Shown here: positions 59,615 to 64,000 of the stretch, piece by piece | How positions within the stretch are numbered: the stretch's first letter is position 1 | Layout: every line of letters starts with the position of its first letter | Origin: Selaginella moellendorffii | Lineage: Eukaryota; Plantae; Lycopodiophyta | Reading direction: 5' to 3' | DNA length: 64,000 bases | Assembly (NCBI RefSeq): GCF_000143415.4 | Contig: NW_003314290.1 | Span: 1,222,932-1,286,931, forward strand | Translations under genes and position numbers: made by a program | Notes under the pieces: generated by a model | What the model saw: only the letters and a program-made list of their open reading frames with translations | What the model was told of the DNA's origin: nothing | Database searches by the model: none

Positions 59615-62600
59615 TGTGAGGGCCAAGTGTACGGCTACGATGCCGTATACTAATATTAGCGTAGTGGATTTTGGTAGCCGTCGGATTGGTTTCAATCCGG
59701 ACCACTCGCTCCTGTATATAAGCTAGGGTTTTTGGGCTAATTGATATGCACATTTCTATATTCCCTTTCCATATTCCATGCACTCACATTGGTGGAGGTG
59801 GTTGAGGGGCACCTTTGATTGTCCCTGGGGAGTGCTTGGATTTGGGATTTCGATTTAGATCTAGCTTTTGCATTGTCTAGATCTAGCTTTTTCCATTTCC
59901 TTTCTTTTGTTCTTTCCTTTCAGGATTTTGGTTTAGATCTAGCTTTTTGCATTGTCTAGATCTACCATTTCTTTCCAGCTTTTTGTCATTTCTCTTCTTT
60001 TGCTCTTTCTTTTTCATTCATTTTCATGGCTGATCCGCAATCTCCTCCTTTGACTCTAGAGCAGCAGTTGGTTCAATTGCTTGATGCTATGCGCTTGCAA
60101 TTGAACAACCAAACTCAGTTGATGGCGGCGTTCACGGCACATGGTACAACTCCTCCTGCTTTTGGTGCCAATCCTCGCGTTCGACCGGAGTTCTTTCGTG
60201 GGAATCCTGGGGATGATGTGTACCATTGGTTCGATCACTTCACGGTGATTGCCACATATCATTCTTGGGATGATGCTCGACGTTTGCGTGAGTTCCCCAC
60301 ATCCGAGTCAAGCTTTTGACCTCATTCTTGGTATGGATTGGTTGCAGCACAATCATGCCAAGTGTGACTTTGAGGCTTCTCCCCCTTATCTCATACTTCC
60401 TTATGTTTCATCCATTCCTCTCACTTCCGTACCTCTTCGTCCCTCTACTTCTACCTCTGCTTCCATTACTTTTGTTCCCCCACTATTTCCTCTTGTGTTT
60501 TCATCTTGTTCTGCTCTTCCTTTTTCCGATCCCTCCGATGATCTTTGTGTTGCAGCTGTTGACCAGCTCATGAAGGAGTATTCTGATCTCTTTGAGTTTG
60601 ACCTATCGTCTGGGGCCAAGATTGCCACACGTCATCCCATTCCAACCGGGGATGCTCGTCCAATCAAGGTTCCTGTTCGTCGTCGGTCACCCAAGGAGAT
60701 CAAGATTTTACGTGCAAACGTCAAGGAGATGTTGGAGAAGGGTGTTATTCGGAAGTCGCGGAGTCCTTGGGCATGTGAACCTCATCTTATGACGAAGCCT
60801 GATGGGAGTATTTGTTTCTGCATCGACTATCGTCCGTTAAATGAAGTGACGATCCCGGACGTGTACCCTCTTCCTCACACTGCTGATCTCTTGGATCGTC
60901 TGGGGCGAAGTCGTTGGTTCACCAAGCTAGATCTTGCTTCTGGGTATTGGCAAGTACCAATGGCTGAAGAAGATATTCCTAAGACTGCATAACATTGTGC
61001 CAAGCGAAGAGCATCGTCAAGAGTGGCAGGAGCAAGTGCATGCACAAGTCCGACAAGATCTTGACGAAGTGCTGGCCACAACATTCCTAGCTTGATCCGC
61101 TCCGACATATTTGGCTCCGCACGAAGCAAAAGACTTCGGAAACGAACGCCAAATTGCATCACCAACTCAGATGGCCCTTGGCGAAGACGATGCAATTGTT
61201 GGAAGGCATCATCACAATCGTCGGCGTGTCCGAAGGCGCGTTTGAAGACGTCCGGAAGAACACTCCAATCGCCACGAGTAGCTGCGCTCAATCCATTGTA
61301 CCACTGCAATGCCGTCCCTTAGATGTACGAGGTTCTTTGCGATATGCCGGAGGTGACGGCTGACTTCATTGATGATGTCTTGATCCATTCGGAGGGGACG
61401 TGGGAGGAGCATGTTCGTGATGTTTGTAAAGTGTTGGATCGGCTACACGACGTTGGTTTAAAGCTGAAGCGGTCGAAGTGCATGTTTGGGTCCAAGGATA
61501 CAACTTATCTTGGGTACCGTATTTCTCGTGAGGGTTTGCAAGTTGATCCTGACAAACTTGTGGCTGTTCTAAAGTTCCCTACTCCAAAGTGTGTGAATGA
61601 TGTGCAGCGTTTTTTGGGTAAGGTGCAATATCTCGGTCGTTTTGTGGATCATCTTTCCGATCGCACTACACCATTGCGAGCGTTGCTGAAGTCATCAACG
61701 TCATCTTTCATCTGGTCTCCCAATTGTGAGCGGGCGTTCGTGAATCTCAAAGAGCTATTGACGACTCCTCCGGTTTTGGCATATCCTGACTACACTCGAC
61801 CTTTTATTTTGCGCGTGGATGCTTCTGACATTGGTCTTGGAGGTGTGTTGATGCAAGAGAGCTCGAGTGTGCCTGGTCAGCGCCATCCCATTGCATACAT
61901 CAGCCGTACATTACAACCAGCGGAGATGAACTACTCCACGACGGAGAAGGAGTGTTTAGCAGCAGTCTGGGGTTTCGAGAAACTTCATGCATATCTACAT
62001 GGTTCTCGGACGTTACTTGAAGGTGACCATGCTGCTGTTACTTCATTATTGAAGCGGAAGAACCTGGTTGGTCGTACGGCTCGATGGGCTTTGAAGCTTC
62101 AGATATATGATTTCGATGTTGTTCATCGCCTAGGGAGTTCTATGGCTGATGCTGATGCCCTTTCTCGAGCTCCTCTTCCTTCTCCACTCACTTCTCATGT
62201 TTCTGACGAACCTGTTGTTCCAGCATCTGTGGATTTTCTAGATGAGGATTATGTGCCGTTGGCGGTTGCTGTCCTTGACGTTCAGTGTCCACAGGGCATA
62301 GAGCAAGATCTACCTTCTCTTGATGAGGTTCGCGAGGCTCAAAAGATTGAGCCGTGGATTCGAAGGCTTTGAGATGGGTTTAAGAATCCTGCATCACTTG
62401 CTGATGACTTACCTTTTCGGCATTTACATTCTCAATATCGCCTTGAAGATGGCCTTCTTTATTTTGTGGGGACGGATCCTGCTGATCATTTACGGCTGGT
62501 GGTGCCTTTGGTGTTTATTCCGCGGTTTCTCCATGCCTACCATGATTCTCCTATTCTAGGTGGGCATATGGGACACCGTCGTGTCACCGAGAAGCTGCGC

Positions 62601-63880
62601 AGATCTTTCTATTGGCCAGAGATGCGACGTGATATTATCCGGTATGTGTGTAGCTGCGTTTGGTGCCAAACTCGTAATACTCCCCCTTGTGCTGCGGAAG
62701 GACGGTTGGAGTCAATTGCAGTTTCTCGTCCGTTTGAGTTGGTGGCGTTTGATCTTATGGGACCTTTTCCGCGATCGACTGCTGCCAATGAGTATGTTAT
62801 TATTGCTTCTGACTACTTGACTCGTTGGGTGGAAGTTGGTGCTCTTGCTAGTGCTTTTGCAACTGCTGTTGGATACTTCCTCCTCAATCGAGTGGTGTTC
62901 CAGCATTCTTGTCCAGAGCGGATTCTTTCGGATAATGGTCCTGCATTTATGGCTGAGGTATTTCATGTTTTGACATCTCGGTTGGGGATACGCCACACTT
63001 TTACGAGTGCTTATCATCCACAATCAGACGGTCTGGTGGAACGGCTCGTTCGGACATTCAAAGGGATGATTGCGAAGTATGTGAACTTTCAACATTTGGA
63101 TTGGGATGGTTATTTGCCGTCTCTTCGGTATGCCTATGTCACAGGGGTGCAGAGTTCTGTTGGTGCTTCACCATATAAACTTCTATATGGTCATGATCCA
63201 ATATTACCAACAGAGCTGGGTTTACCTTCGCGATTGCCACGAGCTCCTGATGCTAGGTCATGGGATCAATATTTGACAAGCATTCTTCCACTTGTCCGAG
63301 CAGAGTCTGCTGAACACTTAAGCCGCGTACAAGTGGGACAACAACGGCGTTACAATTCCCATCATCGTCCACCTGCGGAGTACAAAGTGGATGATTTGGT
63401 GTTAGTCCGTTTTCCCCATCTTACGGTACGTGGTTCATCTAAGGGGCTCCTTGCGCAGTGGAAAGGACCGTATCGGGTGTTGCGGCAAGTTGGACCACAA
63501 GTTTATGAGGTTCGGCATGACGTTTAGCAGGCCGATCCTCCGGAGATTGTGCATGTGCAGCGGTTAAAACGCTTCATACAAAGGGATCAGGAGCAGTTAA
63601 TACCATCTACAGATCCACCAATGCCTCCTCCTGACGTTCCTCCAGATCCCGGCCCATCTACAAGAGAACCCTGACGGCCTTCCATTATTCCGAGAGGAAG
63701 GGATGATGTGAGGGCCAAGTGTACGGCTACGATGCCGTATACTAATATTAGCGTAGTGGATTTTGGTAGCCGTCGGATTGGTTTCAATCCGGACCACTCG
63801 CTCCTGTATATAAGCTAGGGTTTTTGGGCTAATTGATATGCACATTTCTGTATTCCCTTTCCATATTCCATGCACTCACA
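59615..63880 (+). mobile_element. Ty3/gypsy LTR retrotransposon, non-autonomous and rearranged; LTRs 59615-59788 and 63707-63880
   Basis: 174-bp TG...CA LTRs with one mismatch, ATTA target-site duplication, PBS TGGTGGAG, PPT gagaggaagggatga. Domains: gag, PR tail (DLILGMDWL), RT (CIDYRPLN, KLDLASGYWQ, FIDD), RNase H (VDAS..EKECLA), integrase (GHMG..C..C, D-D-E, GPY). Confidence 0.97.
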
Positions 63881-64000
63881 ATTATTAATTAAATATTTCT
63901 TATTTATAAAGATTTGCTATACATGGTAAGCAGGGTTCTAAATATTAAAAAAAGTTAAAAGTAACAATTTTATTCAAGATTACACAATGTAAACTTCAAA

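Noticed and set aside
59583-59783. ORF repeated at 63597-63875
   Set aside because: Chance antisense frame within the two LTRs.

Overview
Eukaryotic plant nuclear DNA: gene-dense, with very short (about 45-100 nt) introns and a PLS-class PPR gene. This style suggests a lycophyte such as Selaginella, which is an inference only. From 0-12 kb and 23-41 kb the window holds conserved genes: an amaranthin-aerolysin lectin, histone H1, alkaline/neutral invertase, a PAM2-RRM (CID) protein, an hnRNP Q/R-like protein, an ABCB29-like transporter, SEC23D-like, an RHF2A-like RING ligase, CBL, ARGLU1-like, a macrodomain gene and a TrpD-like gene. An AT-rich field of decayed transposable elements occupies about 15-23 kb. 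The 38-59.5 kb region is structurally unstable, with scrambled and inverted partial duplications, a roughly 5-kb segmental duplication carrying two CYP72-clan P450s, and a PPR gene. A young but internally rearranged Ty3/gypsy element sits at 59615-63880 (174-bp LTRs, 4-bp TSD). The most notable signals are: two decayed P-loop NTPase genes resembling Crinkler/RHS (CR)-type effectors, one with a possible restriction-endonuclease motif and one largely missed by the ORF track; a duplicated promoter fused to an inverted duplication of the neighbouring TrpD-like gene (candidate hairpin-RNA or proto-MIR locus); a candidate poison exon in ARGLU1; and a small orphan ORF with a SWIM-like motif. All exon boundaries were read by eye and family names come from motif recognition, not database searches.
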